Source: an uncultured Bacteroidia bacterium
Lineage (GTDB): Bacteria; Bacteroidota; Bacteroidia; Bacteroidales; UBA932
Direction: 5' to 3'
DNA length: 64,000 bases
NCBI GenBank assembly: GCA_902795735.1
Contig: CADBMD010000158.1
Span: 2,047 to 66,046 of the forward strand
In this document: positions 1 to 9,426 of the stretch, piece after piece
How the letters are laid out: each line of letters begins with the position of its first letter
How positions within the stretch are numbered: the stretch's first letter is position 1
Program-made: the position numbers and the translations under genes
The notes under the pieces: generated by a model
What the model saw: the letters and a program-made list of their open reading frames with translations, nothing else
The model's database searches: none
Told to the model about the DNA's origin: nothing

Positions 1-552
1 GACGCGGTTGTAGGCAAGCTTCTTCCCATCAGGGGAATAGCTGCAGAATCCTCCTTCAGGAAGGGGAATCTGCTCCGGCATGCCTCCTGAAACGGAGATT
101 TTCCACAGTTTGCCAGGGAATCCATCGCCAGTCCTGTTACGATAGATGATGTATTTCCCGTCCGGGGTCCATCCCATGACTATGTTGTTTGGCCCCATTC
201 TGTCGCCGAGGTCATCTCTACCATTGGTTGACGTGTAGGTTAGCCTGACAGGCTCGCCTCCCGTCGAAGGGATTGTGTAAACTTCTCGGTTTCCGTCATA
301 TTCTCCGGTAAAGGCTATAGTCTTCCCGTCAGGAGAGTACCTGGCAAACATCTCATAGCCGATGTGTGAAGTGAGACGGCGGGCTTCGCCTCCGGAAAGC
401 GGAGCTGTGAACAGGTCACCTGCATAAGAAAAAACGATGTCGGTTCCGTTCGTGGCGGGGAATCTCAGCAAACGGGCTTCACTTGAAGACTGGGCCATTG
501 CAGAAACAACCAGTCCAAGGAAAGCTATGGGCAGAAAAAGTCTCTTTATCAT
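1..552 (-). CDS. Tricorn-type S41 protease, N-terminal part (runs off the window)
   Basis: Not in the ORF track. Manual translation from ATG at 552 gives MIKRLFLPIAFLGLVVSAMAQSSSEARLLRFPATNGTDIVFSYAGDLFTAPLSGGEARRLTSHIGYEMFARYSPDGKTIAFTGEYDGNREVY: a signal peptide followed by the PD40/beta-propeller start typical of tricorn proteases. Confidence 0.85.
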   Translation of the reverse strand, partial: MIKRLFLPIAFLGLVVSAMAQSSSEARLLRFPATNGTDIVFSYAGDLFTAPLSGGEARRLTSHIGYEMFARYSPDGKTIAFTGEYDGNREVYTIPSTGGEPVRLTYTSTNGRDDLGDRMGPNNIVMGWTPDGKYIIYRNRTGDGFPGKLWKISVSGGMPEQIPLPEGGFCSYSPDGKKLAYNRV

Positions 553-716
553 AAGTCCTGATGTAAAATTTCATGCAAGATAGTAAAAACTGAAGGATTG
601 TGGGAATATTTTGTTTTTAAACAAAACTTTAACTGCCATGAAAAACAAACTCCTCCTTCCGTTGCTCATTGTACTGCCCTTTCTTTTCGGGCAGCAGTCC
701 TCTGTGAAGTTTTTAC

Positions 717-724
717 TATATTTG
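717..724 (+). promoter_or_regulatory. Bacteroidota sigma-A -7 element (TATATTTG)
   Basis: Exact TAnnTTTG match about 35 bp upstream of the ATG at 759. Confidence 0.55.
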
Positions 725-758
725 TCCTATGGTCCACAACTACATTATCAACCACATC

Positions 759-2087
759 ATGAAACACTCTCTGATCTCCACATTGATCCTGCTTGCGGCC
801 GGAATAGCAACGGCGGGAAACATTTCCGCGCAAGAGAAGAATGATTTTGCCACAAAATCCGGCCGGATGGACCGGAGCCAAATGAACATCGGTGTCTATC
901 ACCTTCGTCCTTATGCCCGCACAGAGGCCCACATCAAGGATTTAGCCGAGTGCGGCGTTGATTTCGTCATCTGCATGGAGAATGACCGCCCTGCATTGGA
1001 CCTCTTCCAGAAATATGGAGTGGGAGCTATCCTTAGCGGAATAGTTCCCGGCTGGTGGGGAGGCATGGGAGACAATGCCGGCACACTGAAAGATGTCTAC
1101 CCGCTTCCCGTCTATGAAGAAAGAGCGGCAAACTTCCAGGATCATCCGGCTGTTTGGGGCATAGACATCGGAGATGAGCCTTCATGCTGGGATTTCCCAT
1201 ACTATGGAAAGGTGTTGGAGAAAGTGGAGGAGGTCTTCCCGAATCAGTTCGCTTTCATCAACCTGCATCCCTACTATGCACCTGGTCCGCGGGAAGGTGA
1301 ATATCCTGTCAAAGGCGCCCTTGGCACAGCCTCCTATGCAGACTACATAGACCGCTACTGTAAGAATGTCCCTGCAGACTACATTTCCTACGACTACTAT
1401 TACCTCCAGCCTGCCGCTGGAGTTGAGAAGGCCTATGCCAATCTCAAGATCGTAGCCGATGCATGCCTCAAGACTGGCCGGGACATGTGGATCACAGTCC
1501 AGGTGAACAGCTTGGATCCTAATGCATGGGTAACTGAGAACCAGCTGCGCTTCCAAGCATACTCTGCCCTCGCTTTCGGAGCCAGGAGCATCACATGGGC
1601 CTGCTACACGGCCGGATGGTGGGAAAACCAGGTGGTGGACAAGGATGGCAACAAGACACAACAGTACGACAAACTGAAGAAGGTCAATAATGAAATCCAC
1701 ACCATCGGTAAACGTTACATGAAATACACCCGCGAGGCTACCACCGGAGTTGGCTTCGAAGGAACTGAAACACTGAAAGAATGCGGAGAGAAAAACATGA
1801 TAGTCTATGAAGATGGGACTTTCTGCGACCTGTCCGCCGGATGTCCTCTTCTTGTAGGCAGCATGAAGGCCTTGGATGGAAGCGCAGACAAGGCATTATT
1901 CGTCTGCATAGCCGATGATCCGCACGACAAAGGACCGAAAACGCACACACTCCGCTTCCGGGCTCCCGGTCGCGAAGTGTCAGTGCTTGGCGGAGATGGC
2001 TACCTTCCTATGAAGCGTGATGCCGAAGGATGGTACGAATGCACCGTCTCATCCAACCAGGGAATCCTCATTGAGGCCCTGAAGTAA
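759..2087 (+). CDS. Secreted hypothetical protein with a glycoside-hydrolase-like TIM barrel and a C-terminal beta-sandwich
   Basis: Signal peptide MKHSLISTLILLAAGIATAGNISAQ. Clan GH-A-like motif HPAVWGIDIGDEP, plus FINLHP and DYISYDYY. Start moved from 729 to ATG 759. Confidence 0.6.
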   Translation: MKHSLISTLILLAAGIATAGNISAQEKNDFATKSGRMDRSQMNIGVYHLRPYARTEAHIKDLAECGVDFVICMENDRPALDLFQKYGVGAILSGIVPGWWGGMGDNAGTLKDVYPLPVYEERAANFQDHPAVWGIDIGDEPSCWDFPYYGKVLEKVEEVFPNQFAFINLHPYYAPGPREGEYPVKGALGTASYADYIDRYCKNVPADYISYDYYYLQPAAGVEKAYANLKIVADACLKTGRDMWITVQVNSLDPNAWVTENQLRFQAYSALAFGARSITWACYTAGWWENQVVDKDGNKTQQYDKLKKVNNEIHTIGKRYMKYTREATTGVGFEGTETLKECGEKNMIVYEDGTFCDLSAGCPLLVGSMKALDGSADKALFVCIADDPHDKGPKTHTLRFRAPGREVSVLGGDGYLPMKRDAEGWYECTVSSNQGILIEALK

Positions 2088-4127
2088 TCATTCCAAACCA
2101 CGGGCCCTGAGAAGGGCGCCCGGATCGGGCTGAGCTCCGCGGAACATCATGTAAAGGACCATGGGCTCCTCACTGCCTCCCCTTTCAAGGAAAAGGCGGC
2201 GGAACTTGGTTGCAACGGCCGGATTGTAAAGGCCTTGCTCCTGGAAATACTCGAAGGCATCCTTGTCCAGGACTTCAGCCCAGAGATAGCTGTAGTAGCC
2301 TGCACAGTAACCACTGTTGAAAATGTGATTGAAATAGGTAGTGCGGTACCTGGGTATGATCTCATCAATGAGGCCCATCTCCTTGCAGACCTTCTCCTCG
2401 AAGGCAGCCACGTTGGCTGCCTGGTCTCTCTGCGACATCTTCTCAAGATCCTCAACTGTGAGTTCATGCCACTTCATGTCGAGGATGGAGGCTGCACAGA
2501 GTTCCGATGTCATGAATCCCTGGTTGAACTTGTGGGAATTGTTGATCTTTTCGACAAGGTAGGAAGGGATGACCTCACCGGTCTTGTAGTGTGTGGCATA
2601 TTCAGAAAGGATCTCCGGCTGGAAGGCCCAGTTCTCGTTGAACTGGGAGAACGTCTCCACGAAATCTCGCTTCACGCTGGTTCCGCTCACTGAAGGATAG
2701 GCACATTGGGTCAGCAATCCGTGGAGAGCATGGCCGAATTCATGGAAGACCGTCTCCACTTCATCGATGGTGAAAAGGGCAGGCAGCGAATCTGTCGCAG
2801 CCGTCATGTTTCCGACATTCACGACAATGGGACGGACATTGTTTCCGTCACGGTCGAGATACTGGTCGCGGAAGACATTCATCCATGCTCCGCCACGCTT
2901 TGAAGAACGAGGGAAGTAATCAGTCATGAATATTCCAAGAAGGCTTCCGTCAGCATCTGTCACCTTGAAAGTCTCGACTGCGGGATTGTAAAGAGGCACG
3001 TCCGAAACAGGCTCTATGTTGATTCCATAAATCTTGTGAGCCGCCGCAAAGGCTCCCTTGCGGACATTTTCCATCTTGAAATATGGCTTGGTCTGGTTTT
3101 CGTCGAGATCATATTTGCGCTGACGCACTTTCTCTGCGTAATAGAACCAGTCCCAAGGCTGGATCCTGGAACCTTTCGCCAGCTTGCCTGCAGCGATGTC
3201 TTCATCCATCACCTTCTGCATGTCATAGACTTCTTCCTTTGCCTTTGCATTGGAGGCTTTCTGGATCTCATCGAGGAAATTGTCCACTGTCTGGGGATCC
3301 TTCGCCATCTTGTCGTCCAGTTCGTAGGCGGCAAAAGAATCGAATCCAAGCATCCTTGCTTTCTCGGCTCTGAGTTTCAGGATGTCAAGGCAAAGGGCTT
3401 TGTTGTCATATTCATTGCCGTTGTTGCCCCTGGAGGAGTAGGCCTTGAACATTTCTTCCCTGCGAGCCCGGTCTTCGCAGGAAGTCATCTCGGAAGTGTA
3501 GGAGGACACAGGAAATCCGAACTTCTCCTTGAAGGCGTTGTTCTCTGCAAGGAGGTTCGTTCCGAACTTCTGCTGGGCAGCGGCTATCTTCTGGTTGATC
3601 TCCTTCAGCTTAGCCTGGGAGGCCTCGTCAAGATTGACTCCGTTGCGGGTGAAACTCTGGTAGAGATTCTTAAGCACCATCTGCTGCTCCCTGGTCAGGG
3701 CGCTCTGGTCGGCATCATAGATGATTTTGACTCTCTCGAAGAATTTCCTGTTCATCGAGATCTCGTCGCCATGGGCGGTCAGCAAGGCCGTGGCCTCCTC
3801 GGCGACTTTTTCCATCTCGTCCCCACCCTCGGTTTCCTGAAGGTTATAGAGGACGCCGGTGACTTTTTCCAGGATTTCACCGGAGAGTTCATATGCTCCT
3901 ATGGTGTTGTCGAATGTTGGTGCTGCAGGATTGTTAAGGATTGCATCCAACTCCTTCTCTTGTTGCTTTATGCCGGCCTTTACCGCAGGTATGTAGTCGG
4001 AGAGGGAAATCTTGTCGAAAGGTGGAATGCCATATGGCGTATCCCATTCCTGCATGAACGGGTTCTTTTCATTGCTGCACGATGCCATCATGATGATTGC
4101 TCCTAATGCTAATAATGTTTTCTTCAT
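2088..4127 (-). CDS. dcp: M3-family metallopeptidase (peptidyl-dipeptidase Dcp), lipoprotein
   Basis: HEFGHALH zinc motif, plus KRGGAWM, DFVETFSQ and YCAGYYSYLWAEVLD. Lipobox MMASC follows MKKTLLALG (ATG at 4127). Confidence 0.9.
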   Translation of the reverse strand: MKKTLLALGAIIMMASCSNEKNPFMQEWDTPYGIPPFDKISLSDYIPAVKAGIKQQEKELDAILNNPAAPTFDNTIGAYELSGEILEKVTGVLYNLQETEGGDEMEKVAEEATALLTAHGDEISMNRKFFERVKIIYDADQSALTREQQMVLKNLYQSFTRNGVNLDEASQAKLKEINQKIAAAQQKFGTNLLAENNAFKEKFGFPVSSYTSEMTSCEDRARREEMFKAYSSRGNNGNEYDNKALCLDILKLRAEKARMLGFDSFAAYELDDKMAKDPQTVDNFLDEIQKASNAKAKEEVYDMQKVMDEDIAAGKLAKGSRIQPWDWFYYAEKVRQRKYDLDENQTKPYFKMENVRKGAFAAAHKIYGINIEPVSDVPLYNPAVETFKVTDADGSLLGIFMTDYFPRSSKRGGAWMNVFRDQYLDRDGNNVRPIVVNVGNMTAATDSLPALFTIDEVETVFHEFGHALHGLLTQCAYPSVSGTSVKRDFVETFSQFNENWAFQPEILSEYATHYKTGEVIPSYLVEKINNSHKFNQGFMTSELCAASILDMKWHELTVEDLEKMSQRDQAANVAAFEEKVCKEMGLIDEIIPRYRTTYFNHIFNSGYCAGYYSYLWAEVLDKDAFEYFQEQGLYNPAVATKFRRLFLERGGSEEPMVLYMMFRGAQPDPGALLRARGLE

Positions 4128-4220
4128 ACTGCAAGTTATCAATTTCGGGTGAAGATAGCAAATAATGGTGTCTTTGAGAAAAAATACAATGTAATCGAAC
4201 TTAAGATCATTATTGGTCGT

Positions 4221-4385
4221 TTTCTTGTCCTCGATGGTGCTTTTCTCGAAGTCTCCCTCTCTTGCAAGAACATCCTGGACCAGCACCAGAAGGACATCGA
4301 CGTGGGCGCAGAAAAAGACTCCCAGTATCTCTACGGGCCTGTCTTGCCGCGCAGTTTCTACCTGGGAGGCAAATTGTCTTTCTAG
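4221..4385 (+). pseudogene. Orphan C-terminal fragment of a TonB-dependent receptor
   Basis: Translates to FLVLDGAFLEVSLSCKNILDQHQKDIDVGAEKDSQYLYGPVLPRSFYLGGKLSF*. It has the N(I/L)(F/L)D...YxYGP..PR..(Y/F).G.K..F terminal beta-strands with a final Phe typical of Bacteroidota TBDRs. Upstream is only the AT-rich dcp promoter region. Confidence 0.7.
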
Positions 4386-4394
4386 GAAACGATC

Positions 4395-5429
4395 CTAATA
4401 TTTTATCTTCACCCCATCGATGTCGATGAGGGTGAACTGGGCAGCGCCATTGTAGTAGGCAAGGATACCGGTCACATCAATCTTGGCACCATTGATGATT
4501 TCACGGTCGATTGCCACGTCTGCGAACTTGGCATATCCGCTGGTACGTATCTGGATCTCAGTTCCCTGTGGCATTTTGAAATACTGGCTGACGGCGTATG
4601 CAGCAGCATTATCCATCAACTTCCCAAGATTGTCAGCATCTCCGATCGTTCCATAGTTATAGTCTCCGGAATTACCGATCTTGGCGGAATCCCAGACGCC
4701 GGAAAGGAGATATTCCTTCATCTTGTTCTGGCTCATTGCCCAGGTAGTGACTCCCCATTGCTGGTCAGACAGGAAAAGTCTGTTTGAAGAAGCTTTCTTG
4801 TCTTCGTAGTTGTCCATGTAGAGGAGGGCGAAAATCTCATGGGAATAGGTAAGGTCCTTGAGGGTAACGTACATCCCGAAATAGGGGCTCCTGTAACTGT
4901 AGCCAAGGGCGACCTTGACGTCATTTTCAGTTAGCTCGACAGGTGCCAACGGAGTACCTTTCTGGCCTTTTATGACATGGGCATAGATAAGGCTCTTCAC
5001 GTCGATGTAGGCCGTCTCATATTCTCCGGTAGGATCTTCAGCCCCGACCTGGAGCATGCCACCGTAGTTGCCAAGCACCAGGCCTTGGCACTTAACATAC
5101 ACCCACTGACCCAATTTATAGTCATTGTAAAGGGAGGAATTGCCGATCTTGATTTCTATTCCACCTGTCTCATCCTGGATGTACAGGGAGCGGTAGATAT
5201 TGCCTGAGACGTCGGAGGAAGTAACCTGTCCCCCGATGATGACATCGTCATTGATGTGAAGAGGCTTCCCTTTGTAAAGGGCTTTCAGCTCGGAAATGGT
5301 AGTGTTGACCGTGAGGGTCTCGTAGGCAGGCTCTGCCGGATCGCCTTGATTGCCGATGACTGGCTCCCATTCCTCACAAGAAACTGCCAGAAGGGCAACT
5401 GCAATTATCGAGTAAAAAAACTTTTTCAT
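4395..5429 (-). CDS. DUF5689-like OB-fold lipoprotein
   Basis: Lipobox LAVSC followed by acidic residues (CEEWE). OB-type motifs TISELKALY, VTSSDVSGNIYRSLYIQDETGGIEI, IRTSGYAKFA and VTGILAYY. Confidence 0.75.
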   Translation of the reverse strand: MKKFFYSIIAVALLAVSCEEWEPVIGNQGDPAEPAYETLTVNTTISELKALYKGKPLHINDDVIIGGQVTSSDVSGNIYRSLYIQDETGGIEIKIGNSSLYNDYKLGQWVYVKCQGLVLGNYGGMLQVGAEDPTGEYETAYIDVKSLIYAHVIKGQKGTPLAPVELTENDVKVALGYSYRSPYFGMYVTLKDLTYSHEIFALLYMDNYEDKKASSNRLFLSDQQWGVTTWAMSQNKMKEYLLSGVWDSAKIGNSGDYNYGTIGDADNLGKLMDNAAAYAVSQYFKMPQGTEIQIRTSGYAKFADVAIDREIINGAKIDVTGILAYYNGAAQFTLIDIDGVKIKY

Positions 5430-5443
5430 TATCGTCCCTCCTT

Positions 5444-8329
5444 TTAGAATCTGAAATAAAGGTTCAGCATGTAGTTGAATCCCTGCATGTAGAAATACTT
5501 GGGATCGAAATTGTAGTAACGTTCCTTGCTGACGGTGTTGTCAACCATCCTGGTCTGCTCGAAACCTCCGGTCTTGACATCTTTCTTGTTCAGGATGTTC
5601 TTGGCATTGAGCGAGAATCCGTACTGGTACTTTCTCTTGTAGTACCAGGACTTTCCTACGCTGAAATTGACAAGGACTGCAGGATCGAACTTCTCCTGTT
5701 TTGTCATGGCTTCCACTTCCTCTGGAGTAATCTTTCCGTCAGGTCCGGCGGTAGCGTAGTCGGTCCTGCTCAGAGGGCTCATGTCAAGATAAGAGTTTGC
5801 GAAATAGTCCACATCCGCGTCAATGAACCAGTAATTGTAGAAATACGATAAGCCGAGGCTGGCTGCGAGCTGAGGAGTACTGGGAATATAGTGCTTCTGG
5901 ACGGTTCCGTCAACCATCGGAGTACTCTTCCAGTAATAGACCGGAACATTGTTGTAGATGATTTCCTGGCTGTTGTCAACCGTTGCTGTAAGCAAGGGGT
6001 TGGAGGTGTAGATATATTCACCGGCCGTGAACACACCGACGAGGGACAGGCCCGATAAGGGAGTAGGTACCTCGAAACCAAGTTCCACTCCGGCGTGCCT
6101 CTCATCGATGCCGCTCAGGGTGAAGTTACCGAAGGAGTTGTTGAGGTCGTAATAGACGCTCATCACATCAGTCTGGTCGGTGATGGTGGTGTAGAATCCG
6201 GTGAGTCTCAGGCTGTAGCCGTTGGTAGCATACATGTAGTTGACATCTGCCGACAAGGACTTGACATTCACAAGGTCCTTGACAAGGGTGTTCCTGGTCC
6301 TGGGGGCAAGGAAGGCCTTGTCGAAATAAGGGGCTTCGCTGGAATAACCTGCATTTGCGAAAACGCGGTGTCCTCCGGTGAATGAATATGCCGGGTTGAT
6401 TTTGCCGGCATAAGTCATGAAGGTGCTCCGCTTGGAGTTACCCTTGGATGTGATGACTTCTCCGTTTTCGTCATAGGTCGTGTAGATGTTGCCTCCGACG
6501 GAAATAGGATTCCCATCGGCGTCAAGACCCGGGAAAAGGCCCTTCCTGACAAGGCCTTCCCTCCAGAATGTAGTGACTCCGGCTTTGCCTCCAATGGTAA
6601 CCTCGAGACCTCCGAGAGCAAACTTGCCAGAAGCCCAGCCTTCGCCTTTCATCAGGTGGGCATAGTAGTCGTAGCCGTACTTGTCTCCGGTCTTGACCTG
6701 GCGAGGCTCTCCGAATGCGAAGAAGTAGTCTAGGTCATTCTGGATCATCACGTTGGAAGATGCATATTCACGTTCGGCAAACTGGTCCACATCGAGGAAA
6801 TAGGTTCCGCCGAGAAGGTCGTTCATCTTCTTGTAGTACTCGGTGCGGTTCTGTTTTCCGTTAAGTCCGGCTGTGATCGTCACTTTGGACGAAGGGTTCC
6901 ACTTCATGCTCGCTGCCAGGTTGAGGTCGTTCTGGTCGACATGGCGCTCTTCAAGGGCGTACTTTGAACGTCCCCCCTCGGAACTGCGGTTGACAGTGTA
7001 GAGCCTGTCCCAGTCCACATGGGTGGTAGATGCCAGGCCATTCTGCCAGGCTTCCCTGGCCCAGGCGGCCTTCACGGGATTAAGGCGGCCGTAGTCTTCA
7101 TTGGCCATGTAGAAGTAGCTGGGAAGATTGCGGTAGTAGTCAGGACGGGGATCAAGGGCATCATACCAGTCAAGTGCGGTGTAACCGTTCTTTCCTGTCC
7201 TGTAGAGCACCGTGGCGGAAAGTTCGAAATCCTTGGAAGGGGTGTAGTCGTACTTGAGGAAGGTGATGGGCTCGTAGGTTATCCTGTTGCGGGCGTTGCG
7301 CATCTTGCCGTTCTGGTAGCCCCAGTTGGAGTTGTACATGTTGTCGCCTACAAGGTCATAGACTTCCTGCGTGGAAGCATTCTGTGCTCCGCGGGTACCA
7401 GGAGCCCCGAAGGTGACTAGGGCAAGCCGGTGACGGTCATTCCAGTTCTTCTCGACTCCGGCGTAGTAAGCGAAGGAGCGGTAGTACACACCCTGTACCC
7501 AGTCGTTTCCACCAAGGCGGGCGGAAGCGCTGACCGCATAGGACCATCCTTTGTCATTTTCAGGAGATGCATAGGTTCCCATGACACGAGTCCTGTAAAG
7601 GGCACTGTTGGTCAGGAGGCTGAAGCGCATGCCGGGACGTACCTGGGCAGGAGTGGCATAGATGTTAGTCAAGCCGTTGTAGCCTCCGATTCCATAAGGG
7701 GAAATCTCGGATCCGATCACATTGGATTTCGACCGGGTGGCTTCATTCAGGCCGCTCCACAGTGAATATGGCGAATAGCCTGTCAGGGCGTCGTTCATCT
7801 TGACTCCGGCGACATAGACATCCTGGGATTCGCTCGCATAGCCACGGGCCTTGAACCTCACGGAACTGAAATTGTAGCCGGCGACGTTGTTGAACACGTC
7901 ATTCTGGTCGTAGAGGATCGTGGGGGTGTCTTCATAGCCCGTTCCATCAAGGTCGAACTCTCCGAATGAAGAATCATCCACTTCATTGGCCAGGACCGAC
8001 GGAGAAAGGCTCATGGAAAACAGGTTCTTGACATAGCCGTCGTTGACGGTGACATTGACCGTGGTCGGAAGGAAGCCGGGGGCTTCGATCGAAAGGTCGT
8101 ACATTCCGTCCGCCAGGGCATTGATCTGGAAGTTGCCTTGGGCATCGGTTGTCACGGTCCCGATCTCCGTAGCTCCTGACTTGAGCTTCAAGGTCGCTCC
8201 CTGGATAGGTGCGCGGTCAGCCCTGTTGATGATCGTACCTTTGACTCCGCCTGTCGGGTCCTGTGCCAGGACGGTAAAGCAGAGAAGGACTGCAGAGAGG
8301 ACTGCGGCTGATTTCTTTAAGATATTCAT
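5444..8329 (-). CDS. TonB-dependent receptor with N-terminal carboxypeptidase-regulatory-like domain (non-SusC type)
   Basis: Signal peptide, N-terminal beta-sandwich (TTDAQGNFQINAL), divergent plug (VRFKARGY...VYVAGVKMND), amphipathic beta-strands, and C-terminal KNILN...YMLNLYFRF. Confidence 0.85.
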   Translation of the reverse strand: MNILKKSAAVLSAVLLCFTVLAQDPTGGVKGTIINRADRAPIQGATLKLKSGATEIGTVTTDAQGNFQINALADGMYDLSIEAPGFLPTTVNVTVNDGYVKNLFSMSLSPSVLANEVDDSSFGEFDLDGTGYEDTPTILYDQNDVFNNVAGYNFSSVRFKARGYASESQDVYVAGVKMNDALTGYSPYSLWSGLNEATRSKSNVIGSEISPYGIGGYNGLTNIYATPAQVRPGMRFSLLTNSALYRTRVMGTYASPENDKGWSYAVSASARLGGNDWVQGVYYRSFAYYAGVEKNWNDRHRLALVTFGAPGTRGAQNASTQEVYDLVGDNMYNSNWGYQNGKMRNARNRITYEPITFLKYDYTPSKDFELSATVLYRTGKNGYTALDWYDALDPRPDYYRNLPSYFYMANEDYGRLNPVKAAWAREAWQNGLASTTHVDWDRLYTVNRSSEGGRSKYALEERHVDQNDLNLAASMKWNPSSKVTITAGLNGKQNRTEYYKKMNDLLGGTYFLDVDQFAEREYASSNVMIQNDLDYFFAFGEPRQVKTGDKYGYDYYAHLMKGEGWASGKFALGGLEVTIGGKAGVTTFWREGLVRKGLFPGLDADGNPISVGGNIYTTYDENGEVITSKGNSKRSTFMTYAGKINPAYSFTGGHRVFANAGYSSEAPYFDKAFLAPRTRNTLVKDLVNVKSLSADVNYMYATNGYSLRLTGFYTTITDQTDVMSVYYDLNNSFGNFTLSGIDERHAGVELGFEVPTPLSGLSLVGVFTAGEYIYTSNPLLTATVDNSQEIIYNNVPVYYWKSTPMVDGTVQKHYIPSTPQLAASLGLSYFYNYWFIDADVDYFANSYLDMSPLSRTDYATAGPDGKITPEEVEAMTKQEKFDPAVLVNFSVGKSWYYKRKYQYGFSLNAKNILNKKDVKTGGFEQTRMVDNTVSKERYYNFDPKYFYMQGFNYMLNLYFRF

Positions 8330-8330
8330 T

Positions 8331-9404
8331 TTACTTGTTCGAAATTACAATGTAGGTCGGATAGTGGTCGCTGTAACCATTGATGAAGGCTCCGTTGGAC
8401 ATGGTCCTCTTCGGAGTGCCTTTGTACTGGCCTTCCTGCTGGGTCATGAAAGGTCTTTGGAAAACCCTTCCATAGAATTTCTTCTTGACTATAGGCTGGA
8501 TCTTGTACGTACCCTTCGGAGGATTGACAAGGTTCTCGTTGACCATTATGATGTCGAAGATGCTCCAGACTCCCTGGTAGGCAAGGGAACCGAAACCGGC
8601 CTTGATCATGGAGAGGAAGGGGTCGAAGAAATCCTGCTCGCCGACTTCCTCCGTCTTCTCCTTGCCATGGAGATAAGTGACCATGCTCTCATCGAATGGA
8701 TTGTCGTTCATGTCGCCCATCACGGCGATCTTAATCCCTGGATAAGCCCGCATCAGCTTCATGGCATTCTCGTAGATGATCTCGGCACCGCGGCTGCGAA
8801 GGTCTCCGCTCTTGCCTCCGATCCTTGAAGGAAGGTGGGTCACATAGAAGGCGAACATCTCATCCCCTATCGTCCCCCTTACCTCAAGGATGTCCCTGGT
8901 ACGGAAATCGGCCTGCTCTTCAGGCGTCATGGAAAATTTGATCGACTGGGAATCGAAGGTGAATGGAATGGACCTGCTCTCCAGGAGGGTGAACTGGTCG
9001 GGACGGTAGAACAAGGCGCAGTCGACACCACGGCGGTCTGGTCCGTCGTAATGGACGATCTGGTAATTCGCTTCGGCGATCTCCGGCTGTGTCACAAGGT
9101 CTTCAAGGACATGGCGGTTCTCAACCTCGCTCACTCCAAGGATAGTGTGATAGACTCCGTTCTCATCCTTCATGGCACGGATGACCTCAGCCATGTTGTG
9201 GAGCTTCTTGTTGTACTTCACGTCCGTCCATTGGTTGGCTCCGTCCGGAAGGTACTCATAGTCATTCTTTCCTTCATCGTGATAGGTGTCGAAAAGGTTC
9301 TCAAGGTTGTAGAAACCAATCACATGGGTTTTCTGGACCTTCTGTGCCCAAGCCGACGGCAGGAGCAAAAAAAGCAGGGTGATTATGCAGTAAAATCTTC
9401 TCAT
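8331..9404 (-). CDS. Secreted endonuclease/exonuclease/phosphatase (EEP, DNase I-like) nuclease
   Basis: Signal peptide. EEP motifs FYNLENLFD, GVSEVEN, THLPSR, MGDMND, FDIIMV and GYSDHYP. Confidence 0.9.
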   Translation of the reverse strand: MRRFYCIITLLFLLLPSAWAQKVQKTHVIGFYNLENLFDTYHDEGKNDYEYLPDGANQWTDVKYNKKLHNMAEVIRAMKDENGVYHTILGVSEVENRHVLEDLVTQPEIAEANYQIVHYDGPDRRGVDCALFYRPDQFTLLESRSIPFTFDSQSIKFSMTPEEQADFRTRDILEVRGTIGDEMFAFYVTHLPSRIGGKSGDLRSRGAEIIYENAMKLMRAYPGIKIAVMGDMNDNPFDESMVTYLHGKEKTEEVGEQDFFDPFLSMIKAGFGSLAYQGVWSIFDIIMVNENLVNPPKGTYKIQPIVKKKFYGRVFQRPFMTQQEGQYKGTPKRTMSNGAFINGYSDHYPTYIVISNK

Positions 9405-9426
9405 TGGTTATCGTTTGTTCCTTATC

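Noticed and set aside
3036-4106. 356-aa plus-strand ORF
   Set aside because: Antisense shadow of dcp with no recognisable motifs; expected from codon bias.
4128-4286. N-terminal extensions of track ORFs (dcp here; similarly lactonase, uxaA, CE12-CE8, kduD)
   Set aside because: Downstream ATGs give proper signal peptides or family N-termini, and the extensions overlap promoters or neighbouring genes.
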